NCBI GenBank assembly: GCA_965215995.1
Contig: OZ244128.1
Span: forward strand, 400,284 to 464,283
Length of the DNA: 64,000 nucleotides
Reading direction: 5' to 3'
Origin: Candidatus Azotimanducaceae bacterium
GTDB taxonomy: Bacteria > Pseudomonadota > Gammaproteobacteria > Pseudomonadales > Azotimanducaceae
Shown: in pieces, positions 37,936-49,279 of the stretch
Layout: every line of letters begins with the position of its first letter
Numbering within the stretch: the stretch's first letter is position 1
The notes under the pieces: model-generated
What the model was told of the DNA's origin: nothing
The model's database searches: none
The model's input: the letters and a program-made list of their open reading frames with translations, nothing else
Made by a program: the position numbers and the translations under genes

Positions 37936-40326
37936 CTAACGCAGCCTGGCCCCCGCTTCTTTGGCGAGCGCTTCTATGGCGTTTTGCATGTGCTGCCCGA
38001 TTTCTTCCTCGGTAAGAGTGGCGGAAGCCTTCTGCAAGGTCAACCCTACACCCAGACTTTTCTCTGTAGAATCAATACCTTTGCCTTGATACACATCAAA
38101 CAGCCTCAAGTCTACAAGCACTTCTTCGAGACTTTTGGAAAGAATCTTTTCTATTTCCGCCGCCGGAACGCTCTCCGAGACGACAATGGCCAGATCCCGC
38201 CGGACGCTTGGGTATCTGGAGACTACGCCATGCCGGCGTCTGGCGTGGGATAGAACCGCATCTGCAAGGATTTCGAGCAGGAAGACCGCACCGGTGATGT
38301 CCAGATGCTGCTCGATTTCAGGATGCAATCGGCCGAGCCGACCCACTGGCTCGCCAGCGGCAAGAATCTGCGCCGACTGACCCGGATGCAGCACCGGATC
38401 CGCCAACCGCTCGAAGGTCACGTCCTGTCGGCCGGTCCAACTGATCAGGCGCTCCACGTCACCCTTGAGGTCGAAGAAGTCCACGCCGTCATCGGTCAGA
38501 TTCCAGCTTTCGGGATGACGCCGGCCCCAGAGCGCAGCGCCGATCATCCAGGGTTGCTCAACCTCGCCGCCTTCCACCGGCAGAAAGCACTGGCCCACCT
38601 CGAAGAGCCGCACCCGATCCTGCTGCCGGGCAATGTTGGCTCGCAGAGCGTGTAACAATCCGGGCAACATGTTGGTGCGCATCACTGACATGTCCTGAGA
38701 CATGGGGTTCTCGAGAACCTGCGGTGCTGTACCCGGCGCAAGCAGGTCCTGCACTTTCGGATCGATGAAGCTGTAGGTGATCACCTCCTGATAGCCGAGA
38801 TCCACGAGCTGACGCTTGAGCGCGGGAAACCCGCGCCGCTCGATGGGCACTTCGCTCAGGGCCAGATCCGTCACCGGGCGCCGACTGGGGACGTTGTTGT
38901 AGCCGTAGATGCGGCAGATCTCTTCGACCAGATCAGCCTCAATGGCAATGTCAAAGCGATGACTGGGTGAGCGGATCGTCCACTGCACGCCGGTCTCGGC
39001 ATGCTCATCCCTCGAGATCAGCTCGAAGCCGAGCCTCTGAAACGCCTCATCAACTGCCGCCGGCGCCACATCCACGCCCATCAGCTCGTTCAGCCGCCTC
39101 TCGCGCAGGACGACCTCCGCCGCCTTGGGCAGATGCCCTTCGCTCACAGCTTCCTCTACCGGACCCGGCTCACCGCCAACGATCTCGAGCAGAAGCTCGG
39201 TGGCGCGATCCACTGCAAGGTGCTGGAGCTCGTAATCCACGCCACGCTCGTAGCGGTGTGAGGCATCTGTTGCCAGGCCAAACAGGCGTGCGGTGCCGGC
39301 TACTGAGAGCGGATGAAAGAACGCACACTCGAGGAAGACATCCCTGGTATCCGTCTGCACACCACTTCGCTCACCGCCCATCACCCCGGCAATGGCCACC
39401 GGACCGCTTGCGTCGGTGATCAGCAGCGTGTCGTCAGCAAAGGTGACTTCCCTGCCATCGAGCAACGTCAGGGTTTCCCCCGCCTTCGACTTCCGCACCA
39501 CAATCGGCTCGGCCAGCTGCGCCAGATCAAAGGCATGCATGGGCTGACCGAGCTCCATCATCACCAGATTGGTGACGTCGACGATGGGATCGATGCTCCT
39601 CAAGCCCGTTCGTCTGAGTCGCTCTTTCAACCAGTGGGGCGTCGGACGAGAGATATCCACGTCACGAATCACCCGGCCCAGGTAGCGCGGGCAACCTTCC
39701 GGATCGGCAAGCTGCACCTCGAAAGTGTCTTCGATCGTAGGTGCCGTGGCAGGAACGGCCCGCTCTGTGACCGGCGCGTTGTTCAGCACCCCAACCTCGC
39801 GGGCCAGGCCACGCACGCTCAGACAGTCACCACGATTCGGGGTCAGGTCCAGGTCGATGGTTCTGTCGTCCAGGTCCAGCGCCTCGCGCAGATCGTCGCC
39901 GGCAGCGAGCGACGGGTCCAGTTCCAGAATGCCGTCGTGATCCTCACCCAGACCCAGCTCGGCGGCACTGCAGAGCATGCCGTGGGACTCCACATCTCGA
40001 AGCTTTGCCTTCCTGATCTTGAAGTTCTCGGGCAATAGGGCGCCCACTCGCGCGAATGCGGTCACCAGCCCGGCGCGCACATTCGGCGCGCCACAGACAA
40101 CCTGGTGCACGGAATCACCATCGTCCACCTGGCAGACGGACAACTTGTCTGCGTTCGGGTGCGAGTCCACCTCGCGAACGTGTCCAACCACAACGCCCTG
40201 AAACTCGCCAGCCACAGGCTCTATGCCATCCACCTCGAGTCCGGCCATGGTCAGCTGCTCGAGCAGATCGTCGGCGGCAATGTCTGGCTGAACCCATTCG
40301 CTCAGCCACTTCTCGTTGAATTTCAT
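37936..40326 (-). CDS. pheT: phenylalanine--tRNA ligase beta subunit
   Basis: 796 aa starting MKFNEKWLSEWV, with full-length PheT architecture. Confidence 0.97.
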   Translation of the reverse strand: MKFNEKWLSEWVQPDIAADDLLEQLTMAGLEVDGIEPVAGEFQGVVVGHVREVDSHPNADKLSVCQVDDGDSVHQVVCGAPNVRAGLVTAFARVGALLPENFKIRKAKLRDVESHGMLCSAAELGLGEDHDGILELDPSLAAGDDLREALDLDDRTIDLDLTPNRGDCLSVRGLAREVGVLNNAPVTERAVPATAPTIEDTFEVQLADPEGCPRYLGRVIRDVDISRPTPHWLKERLRRTGLRSIDPIVDVTNLVMMELGQPMHAFDLAQLAEPIVVRKSKAGETLTLLDGREVTFADDTLLITDASGPVAIAGVMGGERSGVQTDTRDVFLECAFFHPLSVAGTARLFGLATDASHRYERGVDYELQHLAVDRATELLLEIVGGEPGPVEEAVSEGHLPKAAEVVLRERRLNELMGVDVAPAAVDEAFQRLGFELISRDEHAETGVQWTIRSPSHRFDIAIEADLVEEICRIYGYNNVPSRRPVTDLALSEVPIERRGFPALKRQLVDLGYQEVITYSFIDPKVQDLLAPGTAPQVLENPMSQDMSVMRTNMLPGLLHALRANIARQQDRVRLFEVGQCFLPVEGGEVEQPWMIGAALWGRRHPESWNLTDDGVDFFDLKGDVERLISWTGRQDVTFERLADPVLHPGQSAQILAAGEPVGRLGRLHPEIEQHLDITGAVFLLEILADAVLSHARRRHGVVSRYPSVRRDLAIVVSESVPAAEIEKILSKSLEEVLVDLRLFDVYQGKGIDSTEKSLGVGLTLQKASATLTEEEIGQHMQNAIEALAKEAGARLR

Positions 40327-40335
40327 CTTCTCTCT

Positions 40336-41457
<1,122 letters not shown>

Positions 41458-41516
41458 TTAGGATCTACCCCTCAAGCCGTTGGCTGTCGGGGCATGACCG
41501 CGTTCTGCGCGGTGTC

Positions 41517-41900
41517 TTAAGCGGCCTCGGCAGGAGCCGCGTCGGACTCCAGTGCTGCCTTGGCCTGCTCGGCAAGTACCGCGAATGCTTCTTTCTCGTG
41601 AACTGCGAGATCAGCCAGTACTTTCCGATCCACGTCGATCGCCGCCTTCTTGAGGCCGGCGATAAATCGGGAATAGGAGAGACCGTGCTCACGGGCAGCG
41701 GCGTTGATACGCACAACCCACAGCTGACGGAACTGACGTTTCTTCTGGCGACGATCACGGTAAGCATACTGGCCGGCCTTGATGACGGCCTGCTTCGCAA
41801 CTTTGAACTGCCGGCTGCGGGCACCGTAATAGCCTTTCGCCTGCTTCAGTACCTTCTTGCGTCGTGCTCGGGACACCACACTACGTTTTGCTCGTGACAT
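41517..41900 (-). CDS. rplT: 50S ribosomal protein L20
   Basis: [30 protein letters not shown]..., 127 aa with a short Ala/Glu-rich C-terminal tail. Confidence 0.97.
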   Translation of the reverse strand: MSRAKRSVVSRARRKKVLKQAKGYYGARSRQFKVAKQAVIKAGQYAYRDRRQKKRQFRQLWVVRINAAAREHGLSYSRFIAGLKKAAIDVDRKVLADLAVHEKEAFAVLAEQAKAALESDAAPAEAA

Positions 41901-41909
41901 GCGGTTCTC

Positions 41910-42110
41910 CTATCGCGCCTTGTTCGGCAGCAGCTTGTCGATCATGCGGGTATCGGCGGCGGACACGTCTTCAAGTCCGCGCAGCTGACGCTTCCGCTTC
42001 GATGCTTTCTTGGTGAGGATGTGGTTACGGTTCGACTGGCGATGTTTGTAACCTTTGGCGGTGCGGCGGAAACGTTTGGCCGCGCCACGGTCTGTCTTGA
42101 GTTTCGGCAT
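41910..42110 (-). CDS. rpmI: 50S ribosomal protein L35
   Basis: [35 protein letters not shown]. The start is trimmed to the ATG at 42110. Confidence 0.95.
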   Translation of the reverse strand: MPKLKTDRGAAKRFRRTAKGYKHRQSNRNHILTKKASKRKRQLRGLEDVSAADTRMIDKLLPNKAR

Positions 42111-42229
42111 TTCGAACTCCGATTTTCTACCTGGTCTCAACCGGTTCTTAGGGAACGGCGATGCAGGTCTGGTTTAGGTTGTTGCGTCCGGTGTTACCGG
42201 CTTCTCGTTTTTCTTTCGCCAGAGGTGAT

Positions 42230-42769
42230 CTAGCGTTTCTTTTTCGAGGGCGCCATGACCATCACGACCTGGCGACCTTCGAATTTCGGCTGGGTTTCCA
42301 CCACAGCCAGATCTTCGAGATCTGCTTCTATCCGGCTCATCAGCTTCATGCCGATCTCCGGGTGGACCATCTCACGTCCACGGAATCGGAGGGAGACCTT
42401 CGCCTTGTCACCATCCTCCAGGAAACGCCGCAGATTCCGCAGCTTGACCTGATAGTCGCCCTCTTCCGTGCCAGGCCGGAACTTGATCTCCTTCACCTGG
42501 ATCTGCTTCTGCTTTTTACGCTGTGCGGCCTTGGTCTTCTTCTGCTCGAACAGATGCTTGCCGTAGTCCATTACTTTGACCACCGGCGGCTCCGCATCCG
42601 GAGCGATCAGTACCAGGTCCAGCCCTGCGCGTGCGGCAGCACCGAGCGCTTCATCCCTGGAAACGACACCCACCTGCTCTCCATCCGCACCAATCAGCCG
42701 GACGTTAGTGGCCATGATCTCTTCGTTGGTCAGAGACCGGTCGGCTCGTCTCGCGACACCTCTTTTAAT
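42230..42769 (-). CDS. infC: translation initiation factor IF-3 (ATT start codon)
   Basis: The track ORF starts at the internal ATG at 42715. Homology to the IF3 N-terminus continues upstream ([18 protein letters not shown]) to an in-frame ATT at 42769-42767, preceded by AAGGAGA. The length is then 179 aa, as in E. coli. Confidence 0.9.
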   Translation of the reverse strand: MKRGVARRADRSLTNEEIMATNVRLIGADGEQVGVVSRDEALGAAARAGLDLVLIAPDAEPPVVKVMDYGKHLFEQKKTKAAQRKKQKQIQVKEIKFRPGTEEGDYQVKLRNLRRFLEDGDKAKVSLRFRGREMVHPEIGMKLMSRIEADLEDLAVVETQPKFEGRQVVMVMAPSKKKR

Positions 42770-42942
42770 AGGCGTTCTCTCCTTAAATGACTCTGAATTT
42801 CTTTAAGTATCTGTTTTTACACAAACGCTAACGCGAAAACGGCCGCGGCGACCTATTCCTTTTCAGGAGCTCGCCCGACCAAACGCATATGTAAACCAAC
42901 TCCCGCCGATGGGCTTGCGAGCCAACACCGACGGAGCGCGGC

Positions 42943-42971
42943 ATTCTACTGCCACAATGACCCGCATACAA
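42943..42971 (-). promoter_or_regulatory. candidate sigma70-type promoter for the infC operon
   Basis: On the minus strand, TTGTAT (42971-42966), a 17-nt spacer, then TAGAAT (42948-42943). This is about 175 nt upstream of the infC ATT. Confidence 0.3.
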
Positions 42972-43064
42972 GCCCATCAGAATCTGAATCAGGTGCTAAG
43001 CCATTGTCATAGAAGGGCTATTTCTCGATCGGCAAGCCTCTGGCGGAGAGCCGACGGGCTCGGC

Positions 43065-44255
43065 TCAATCGGGAAGACCCAGCACTCGCTTGGCGATGAT
43101 GTTGAGCTGCACCTCGGAAGTTCCCCCCTCAATGGAGTTCGCCTTCGAGCGCAGCCAACCCCGGGTCGTGTCGAGCTCGTTCGGCGCGAAAGGGTTGTCC
43201 TCCGAGACGGTGCCCAGACCCTTCGTGCCCATCATGTCCAGCATCAGCTCATAGCGTCGTTTGTTCTGCTCTGTGCCGTAGTACTTGAACATGGAGGACT
43301 CTGCACCCGGCGCTTTACCGCTGGCTGTCTCTTCCACGGAACGTCGTATGGCGTATCCATAAGCCCGATCGTTCATGCGGTGGCGCAGCACGTTCTCCCT
43401 GAGGGCAGAATCCGCAATCCTGCCGTCTTCCATGCCAGCGTAGTCGGCAGCCAGCTCCTCGAGCGTCGCCTGCTTCTGGCTGCCCCCGCCGATGCCACCG
43501 ATCATGGTACGTTCGTACTGCAGTAGCCGCTTGGCCACGGTCCAACCCTTGCCCGGTTCACCGACCACCTGGCTTTTGGATGCCCGGGCGTCGTCAAAGA
43601 AGGTTTCACAGAACGGCGATAGGCCGCTGATCAGCAGAATGGACTTCACCGTCACCCCCGGCTGATCCATGTCGAACAGGATGAAGGTGATGCCGTCATG
43701 CTTTGGCGCATCCGGATCCGTGCGGACCAGACAGAAGATCCAGTCCGCATGGTCTGCGCCCGAGGTCCAGATCTTCTGGCCATTGATCACGTACTCGTCG
43801 CCATCCTCCACGGCAGACGTACGCAGGCTGGCCAGATCAGACCCTGCGCCCGGTTCGCTGTAACCCTGGCACCACCAGATCTCGCCCCGGGCAATCTTCG
43901 GCAGATGCTGCTGCTTCTGCTCTTCGGTACCAAACTCGAGCAGGGCCGGACCAATCATGCTGATACCCATGCCCACGTGTGCCGGTCGGGCGTTGATTCG
44001 ACGAAGCTCCTCGGCCAGCACCAGGTTCTCTTCCTTGGAAAGACCGGCGCCACCATACTCCTTCGGCCACATGGGCACCGTGAAACCCCGCTCCGCCATG
44101 CGATCCATCCAGACCTTGGTATCCGGGTTCTTGAAAACCGCCCTGCGGCCACCGCCGGGAGATTCATCCGCCGGCATGGGTGTTCGCATGCTTGCCGGAC
44201 AGTTCTCTTCGAGCCAGTCCCGGACTTCGTCTCTGAATGCGCTCAGATCGCTCAC
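43065..44255 (-). CDS. acyl-CoA dehydrogenase family protein
   Basis: 396 aa with WCQGYSEPGAGSDLASLRT and C-terminal IEGGTSEVQLNIIAKRVLGLP. Confidence 0.9.
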   Translation of the reverse strand: MSDLSAFRDEVRDWLEENCPASMRTPMPADESPGGGRRAVFKNPDTKVWMDRMAERGFTVPMWPKEYGGAGLSKEENLVLAEELRRINARPAHVGMGISMIGPALLEFGTEEQKQQHLPKIARGEIWWCQGYSEPGAGSDLASLRTSAVEDGDEYVINGQKIWTSGADHADWIFCLVRTDPDAPKHDGITFILFDMDQPGVTVKSILLISGLSPFCETFFDDARASKSQVVGEPGKGWTVAKRLLQYERTMIGGIGGGSQKQATLEELAADYAGMEDGRIADSALRENVLRHRMNDRAYGYAIRRSVEETASGKAPGAESSMFKYYGTEQNKRRYELMLDMMGTKGLGTVSEDNPFAPNELDTTRGWLRSKANSIEGGTSEVQLNIIAKRVLGLPD

Positions 44256-44354
44256 GACATACTCCTGAATGTGCCAAGCCGGCCATTTTAGCTCAGCAAC
44301 CCATCTTGTGCTGCCCGCGGGTTACCCCTATCTTCCTTGCCAAGGGGAGTAACT

Positions 44355-45953
44355 ATGTCTGAGAACCAGGCTACGGGATCGTCTGCGTCCGCTGCGACTG
44401 AAGGAGAGCAGGGCGCGTCCGCCGACAGTCAGCGCACACTCACGTCCTGGCAGCTGGCCTCCTACGGCGCGCCGGCCATGCCGCTGTCCATGGTGGCACT
44501 GCCCATGGCCGTGTACCTGCCAGCCGTTTATGCCGATGCGGAAGGCTTCGGTCTGGGCCTTGCCTTCGTCGGGCTGGTGATGATGCTTTCGCGGATCTTC
44601 GACGGCATCACCGATCCGCTGATCGGCTTCATATCCGATCGAATACGCACGCCATGGGGCCGGAGAAAACCTTTCGTGGTGATCGGCACGCCGATCTACA
44701 TCGCCGGCATCTGCCTGCTGTTCATTCCACCTATCGAGTTCGGCGAGGTCACGTTCCTCGGACTGACCTTCAACAGCGGTTACCCTTGGATGCTGATGGC
44801 GCTGATCATCACGTACGTGGGCGCAACGGTGAAGGATGTGCCCTATTCGGCCTGGGGCGGCGAGCTCACCACCAACTACAACGAGCGAACGCTGGTCACC
44901 AGCTGGCGGGAAGGCTTCTCGGTGACCGGTTCTCTGATCGGCGCTTTTACACCCACGATCATCCTGTTTTTCGGTTACGACAAGCCGGTGGACGCCGTCT
45001 ATTTCCTATCGCTGGCCATCGCTTTCGTCATGCCGGTCCTGGTTGCGAACTGCGTGATATCGACCCCGGAGCACAAGGTGGTGGAAAGGCGGGCAGAGCG
45101 ACTGCCGCTGAAGGAGAGCTTCCGCTATGTCTGGCAGAACGAGTCCTACCGGCGGTTGATCATCATCTTCCTGTTCTCGAACATCGGCTCGGCAATGACG
45201 AACACGTTGTCGTTCTTCTTCGTCAAGCACGTGTTGCTGGCCGGTGATCTCTACGGCCTTTACCTCGCGCCCTACTTCGTCTCCCAGGTAATCGCCATTC
45301 CGCTCTGGTTCAAGCTTTCGCGGAAGATCGGCAAGCACCGGGCCACCATGGTCGCCATCGGCTGGTACTCGCTCTGGTCCTGCTTCATTCCGTTGATTGC
45401 CATCGCGCCGATGGTCTGGTTCGATGCGTTCGAGATTCCGCGGCTGCTCACCTTCCTGCCAGCAGAAACCTACGCCAGCGTGGTTGCGTACTTCGAAGGC
45501 ATTCCCACCGGCAAGTTCCTTTTCTTCATCCTTATCATGTGCCTGAAAGGCAGCTCCATCGGCGCGCTCTCCGCCCTGCCTTACGCCATGGCAGCAGACG
45601 TGGTGGATGTGGACGAAGCCCAGACCGGCAAGCGTCAGGGCGGCGCTTACTTCTCCATCTGGCTCATGGTGCGGAAACTCGCCTACGCGCTCGGGCTGCT
45701 GGTCGGAACGAACATGGTGGTGATCTTCGGCTTCGACTCGCTGGCGGATCCCCTCAACACCACCAACACGGCCTTCGCACTGCTCATGCTGGCCTGTTGT
45801 TACTCGGTGGTACCGGCAATCTTCAAGTTCGTGGCCATGCCGCTATTGTGGAACTACTCCCTCACCGAAGAGAAGGTGAAGGAGATCCAGTCCAGCATGT
45901 CATCGGGACCCGGCCCCGACGCAGCGTCTCAACCTTCGCCGCCAACGGGCTGA
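44355..45953 (+). CDS. MFS transporter, glycoside-pentoside-hexuronide (GPH/MelB-like) family
   Basis: About 12 TM segments and the GPH-like motif RIFDGITDPLIGFISDR. The start is set at the ATG at 44355 after a GGGGAG RBS. Confidence 0.8.
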   Translation: MSENQATGSSASAATEGEQGASADSQRTLTSWQLASYGAPAMPLSMVALPMAVYLPAVYADAEGFGLGLAFVGLVMMLSRIFDGITDPLIGFISDRIRTPWGRRKPFVVIGTPIYIAGICLLFIPPIEFGEVTFLGLTFNSGYPWMLMALIITYVGATVKDVPYSAWGGELTTNYNERTLVTSWREGFSVTGSLIGAFTPTIILFFGYDKPVDAVYFLSLAIAFVMPVLVANCVISTPEHKVVERRAERLPLKESFRYVWQNESYRRLIIIFLFSNIGSAMTNTLSFFFVKHVLLAGDLYGLYLAPYFVSQVIAIPLWFKLSRKIGKHRATMVAIGWYSLWSCFIPLIAIAPMVWFDAFEIPRLLTFLPAETYASVVAYFEGIPTGKFLFFILIMCLKGSSIGALSALPYAMAADVVDVDEAQTGKRQGGAYFSIWLMVRKLAYALGLLVGTNMVVIFGFDSLADPLNTTNTAFALLMLACCYSVVPAIFKFVAMPLLWNYSLTEEKVKEIQSSMSSGPGPDAASQPSPPTG

Positions 45954-45981
45954 CGATCAGGCAATATCTTTATCCGGCAGT

Positions 45982-47319
45982 TCATGCCAGCCCGGCGATT
46001 TTCTTCACCGCTACGCAGAAAGCGGCCACTGCCTCGGTCAGATCCCGGCGCCGCTCCTCACCCGCGCTCTCGGAAAAGCAGAATGAGATCCTCAGCTGAT
46101 CGTAGCCCGCGGCCGGGTTCCGCACCCGGGCATCCGGCGGGTAGAAGTCATACATAGGGATCACCACCAAGCCGTACTCCGCCACCATCTGCTCTATGAA
46201 CTCGTCATCCGTGCGCACCTCACTGTCGAGGAACGTGAATACGGAGAAAAAACCGGCATCCGGCACGGTCCAATGAAAGTGATCCTTATGCGCACCGAGC
46301 TCCGATTCGAATCCATCCAGCAGGATCTGCCGGTTTTCCCGGTAAACGCCGAGCTTGCCCTCGGCGACCGGCCACAATGAGGTGCGCTCGGTGAAATCCG
46401 CTTCGTGCAGCAACGCCTCGAAGCCGCGGATAGCGGCAGGATTCGGGAACAGTATGTCCGCGCTTGCCTGCACCAGCGCCAACTCCGCCAGCGTCGCAGT
46501 GGCGCCATCAGCAATGCTGAGCTCCGCCTCGGAATAGAGATAGGCAACACGCGGTCCCGGAAAACCGATCTTCGAACCGGTGAACAGATGCACGGTCTGG
46601 GCTGGATCCAGGGCAAAAAACGGGCTCACCCGCTCGGCTTCCTCAGCAAAGTTGATGTAGAGATAGGGTGCATCTTCTACGATCAGTATCCCTTCGCGCC
46701 GGGCGATCTCGAGAATCTCGAGCCGCCGCGCCTCGGAAAAGGAGAAGCCTGCAGGGTTATGGCCGTCCGGCACGGTGTAGTAGAACGGGACCAGGTTACC
46801 GGCGGCACGGGCTGCATGAATCTGGCCTTCGAACGCTGATGGCAGCGGACCCTCGTCATCCATCTCCACGCTGAAGATACTCGCATGCTGACAGAGCGTC
46901 GCACGGGCCATGAAGCCCGCGTAGGTGGGTGCGTCCGTGATGTAGGCAATGGGGCTGCCGGCATGCTCGAACAGTGAGCAGATCAGACTGATGCCACCTG
47001 TTGCACCCACCGTCGGCACCAGACAGTCCGGCCGCATGGTCACACCCCAGTCGTTGCCGTAAATACGCGCAAAGGTCTCTCGGGTGCTCAACGGGCCGAG
47101 GGTATCACCGTAGGAGAAAGATTCCCTGAGATGCTCGGGTAAGGCATCAGGGTCGTTCTGCCCTTCCTGTTCGGTGAGATGAGCGAGATAGGCTGCTTCA
47201 TGAGCAATGAAGCCACGCGGATCGGTCACTTCCGGGTGCGGATAACCTGCACCCAGATGATGGATCTTGAGCCCTTTGTCCTGAGCGACCTTGCGCAGTC
47301 TGGGCAGGGACGCTGACAT
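45982..47319 (-). CDS. class I/II PLP-dependent aminotransferase
   Basis: The body of track ORF 45982-47682. Its first 121 or so codons overlap rsgA out of frame and were removed. GSKIGFPGPRVAY is a PLP-Lys context. The start is uncertain: ATG 47319 or GTG 47376. Confidence 0.75.
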   Translation of the reverse strand: MSASLPRLRKVAQDKGLKIHHLGAGYPHPEVTDPRGFIAHEAAYLAHLTEQEGQNDPDALPEHLRESFSYGDTLGPLSTRETFARIYGNDWGVTMRPDCLVPTVGATGGISLICSLFEHAGSPIAYITDAPTYAGFMARATLCQHASIFSVEMDDEGPLPSAFEGQIHAARAAGNLVPFYYTVPDGHNPAGFSFSEARRLEILEIARREGILIVEDAPYLYINFAEEAERVSPFFALDPAQTVHLFTGSKIGFPGPRVAYLYSEAELSIADGATATLAELALVQASADILFPNPAAIRGFEALLHEADFTERTSLWPVAEGKLGVYRENRQILLDGFESELGAHKDHFHWTVPDAGFFSVFTFLDSEVRTDDEFIEQMVAEYGLVVIPMYDFYPPDARVRNPAAGYDQLRISFCFSESAGEERRRDLTEAVAAFCVAVKKIAGLA

Positions 47320-47437
47320 CTTCCGGGTCACCGATACGGGTTGCCGGACAACGCCCGGCGCGTTCAGGTTAGTCACTGCTGATTCTCTTCTCTGGCACCG
47401 CGTCTCTGGCTTTGCCTCTCTGGCAACGCGGCACCTG

Positions 47438-48508
47438 TCACTCCCGCTTCTTGTGGGAATTTTCCTGGTGCTGCTTGACCATCTTGGCGAACTGCCGCGA
47501 TCGCGCATGGCGCTCGGCCACCGTTTCCGTGTTGTACATCTCTTCGCGGCGGAGCTTACGATAACTGTCGAGCCGCCGCTCATCCAGCACCCCGGACTCG
47601 ATCGCTGTCCGAACCGCACAGCCGGGTTCTGTTTCGTGAGCACAATCGTTGAACCGGCATTGCTCCGCCAGCGACTCCACATCCGAAAAAGCGGACTGGA
47701 TCCCGGACTCCGCTTCCGTGATGCCGAGCTCTCGCATGCCGGGGCTGTCTAGCAGCAGCCCACCCCCTTCCAGCAGGTGCAGCGAACGATGCGTGGTGGT
47801 GTGACGGCCCTTGCCATCGTCCTCCCGGATACTGCCCGTCGCCTGCACCTCCGCCCCGGCCAGGCTGTTGATCAGCGTTGACTTGCCGACGCCCGATGAG
47901 CCGAGCAACGTGATGGTCTGGCCCGGAACGCACCAGGCGCGAAGCGGTTCCAGATCCTCATCGGCCAGCGCGTTCACCACCTCGATGACGAGCTCCCGGC
48001 TGAGGCTCATGGCCCTATCCCGGTAGCTGTCCGCGTCGTCGGTCAGATCAGCCTTGGTCAGCACGACGACGGGTTGCACGCCGGCATCCATGGCCAGTGT
48101 GAGATACCGCTCCATTCTGGCCAAATTGAATTCTTCGTTACAGGAGCTGACCAGAAACATCACATCCACATTGGCAGCGATAAGCTGTACGTCGCCAGGC
48201 TTGTTGACGCTCATCCGTTTCAAAAGACTCTTGCGCTCGAGCAGGCGCTCAATAGCACCACTCTCGGGATTGAACAGCACCCAGTCACCCACGGTGGGCC
48301 GGTCTTCCGGCGAGCCCTGAAACCACCTACCCCCGAGTGGCACGTCCAGTTCCCGGCCACCCGCCTCCCCCTCGAAGCGCAGACGCAGGCCGGTCCGCTG
48401 CACCTCGAAGACCCGAGCCGGCAGTAGGGTTTCCATCTCTTCCAAGGTGACCTGCTGCTGGAACGCGGGCGTCCAGCCGAGATCGGTCAGGGAGACCGCA
48501 TCACTCAT
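47438..48508 (-). CDS. rsgA: ribosome small-subunit-dependent GTPase A
   Basis: LTKADL (NKxD-like), LLGSSGVGKSTLINSL (P-loop) and the zinc knuckle CRFNDCAHETEPGCAV. Confidence 0.92.
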   Translation of the reverse strand: MSDAVSLTDLGWTPAFQQQVTLEEMETLLPARVFEVQRTGLRLRFEGEAGGRELDVPLGGRWFQGSPEDRPTVGDWVLFNPESGAIERLLERKSLLKRMSVNKPGDVQLIAANVDVMFLVSSCNEEFNLARMERYLTLAMDAGVQPVVVLTKADLTDDADSYRDRAMSLSRELVIEVVNALADEDLEPLRAWCVPGQTITLLGSSGVGKSTLINSLAGAEVQATGSIREDDGKGRHTTTHRSLHLLEGGGLLLDSPGMRELGITEAESGIQSAFSDVESLAEQCRFNDCAHETEPGCAVRTAIESGVLDERRLDSYRKLRREEMYNTETVAERHARSRQFAKMVKQHQENSHKKRE

Positions 48509-48514
48509 GGGCGA

Positions 48515-49279
48515 CTACTCATGCAGCAGGAGCGGCAGATAGGCGTCCAACTCTTCCCGCCGCGACTCCCAGTCCGGCATGTGTCTGCGCATGAGCGCAT
48601 AGAATCGGTGGCTGTGGTCGTGGTGGACCAGGTGGCAGAGCTCGTGCAGCACCACGTAATCGATCAGCCGTTCCGGCACCTTGACGAGGTGCGTATTCAG
48701 AACGATCCTGCCGGATGCAGAGCAGCTGCCCCACTGACTGCGCATGAAGCGCACCCGCCACTCCCCGCACCAGGTCGCGAGCCAGGGCAGATCCCTCAAT
48801 CTGTGCAGGCTTTCGGAAAAGAGCCGCTCTGCCTCTTTCTTGTACCAGCGGTCGATGGCTTTCTTGACCAGCCGCGCATTCGTATCCGGCAGCCGCACGA
48901 CGATGCTGCCAACAATGCCGCGCACGTCCTGAAAGAGACGTTGCTGTGATTCCCGCTCCTTACGGGTAACCCGGCGCGGACCCACCTGCACGTTGAGCTC
49001 GTAGGCCTCGCCGAGATACTGGAGCAGCTCGCCATCACCGTATCTGGGCGGGCTGACGCAGCGGGCGTCTTCCTGCACCGAAGCCAGCCGGTGCCGGAGC
49101 CAGCGCCCGTGCTCCGCCACCACGCAGGCCAGATCATCAAAGGTGACCTCCATGGGTGCCTCGAGAATCACCAGACCGGCCGGATCGAAAGCAAGCCCGA
49201 TCCGTGTCTTGCGCCGGCTGCTGCGACGGACCTCCACCTCGATGGAGTCGATGGTCAACCGTTCGCTCAGAATTCCCAA
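48515..49279 (-). CDS. YgjP-like (DUF45/M48-related) metal-dependent hydrolase
   Basis: 254 aa with C-terminal VVLHELCHLVHHDHS (HExxH). Confidence 0.8.
   Translation of the reverse strand: MGILSERLTIDSIEVEVRRSSRRKTRIGLAFDPAGLVILEAPMEVTFDDLACVVAEHGRWLRHRLASVQEDARCVSPPRYGDGELLQYLGEAYELNVQVGPRRVTRKERESQQRLFQDVRGIVGSIVVRLPDTNARLVKKAIDRWYKKEAERLFSESLHRLRDLPWLATWCGEWRVRFMRSQWGSCSASGRIVLNTHLVKVPERLIDYVVLHELCHLVHHDHSHRFYALMRRHMPDWESRREELDAYLPLLLHE

Noticed and set aside
41470-41496. Short ORF ATG CCC CGA CAG CCA ACG GCT TGA (MPRQPTA) as a pheS leader peptide
   Set aside because: It has no Phe codons and no Shine-Dalgarno sequence, so it is unlikely to be a regulatory leader.
45982-47682. 5'-extended versions of real genes in the ORF track (also 23106, 54888, 57255, 31755, 7796, 50583, 52887, 17200, 19883, 34849, 42140 and 58830 as starts)
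   Set aside because: The extensions overlap the neighbouring gene out of frame or run antisense through it, and they lack homology. Internal starts with an RBS or with an N-terminus matching the family were chosen instead.
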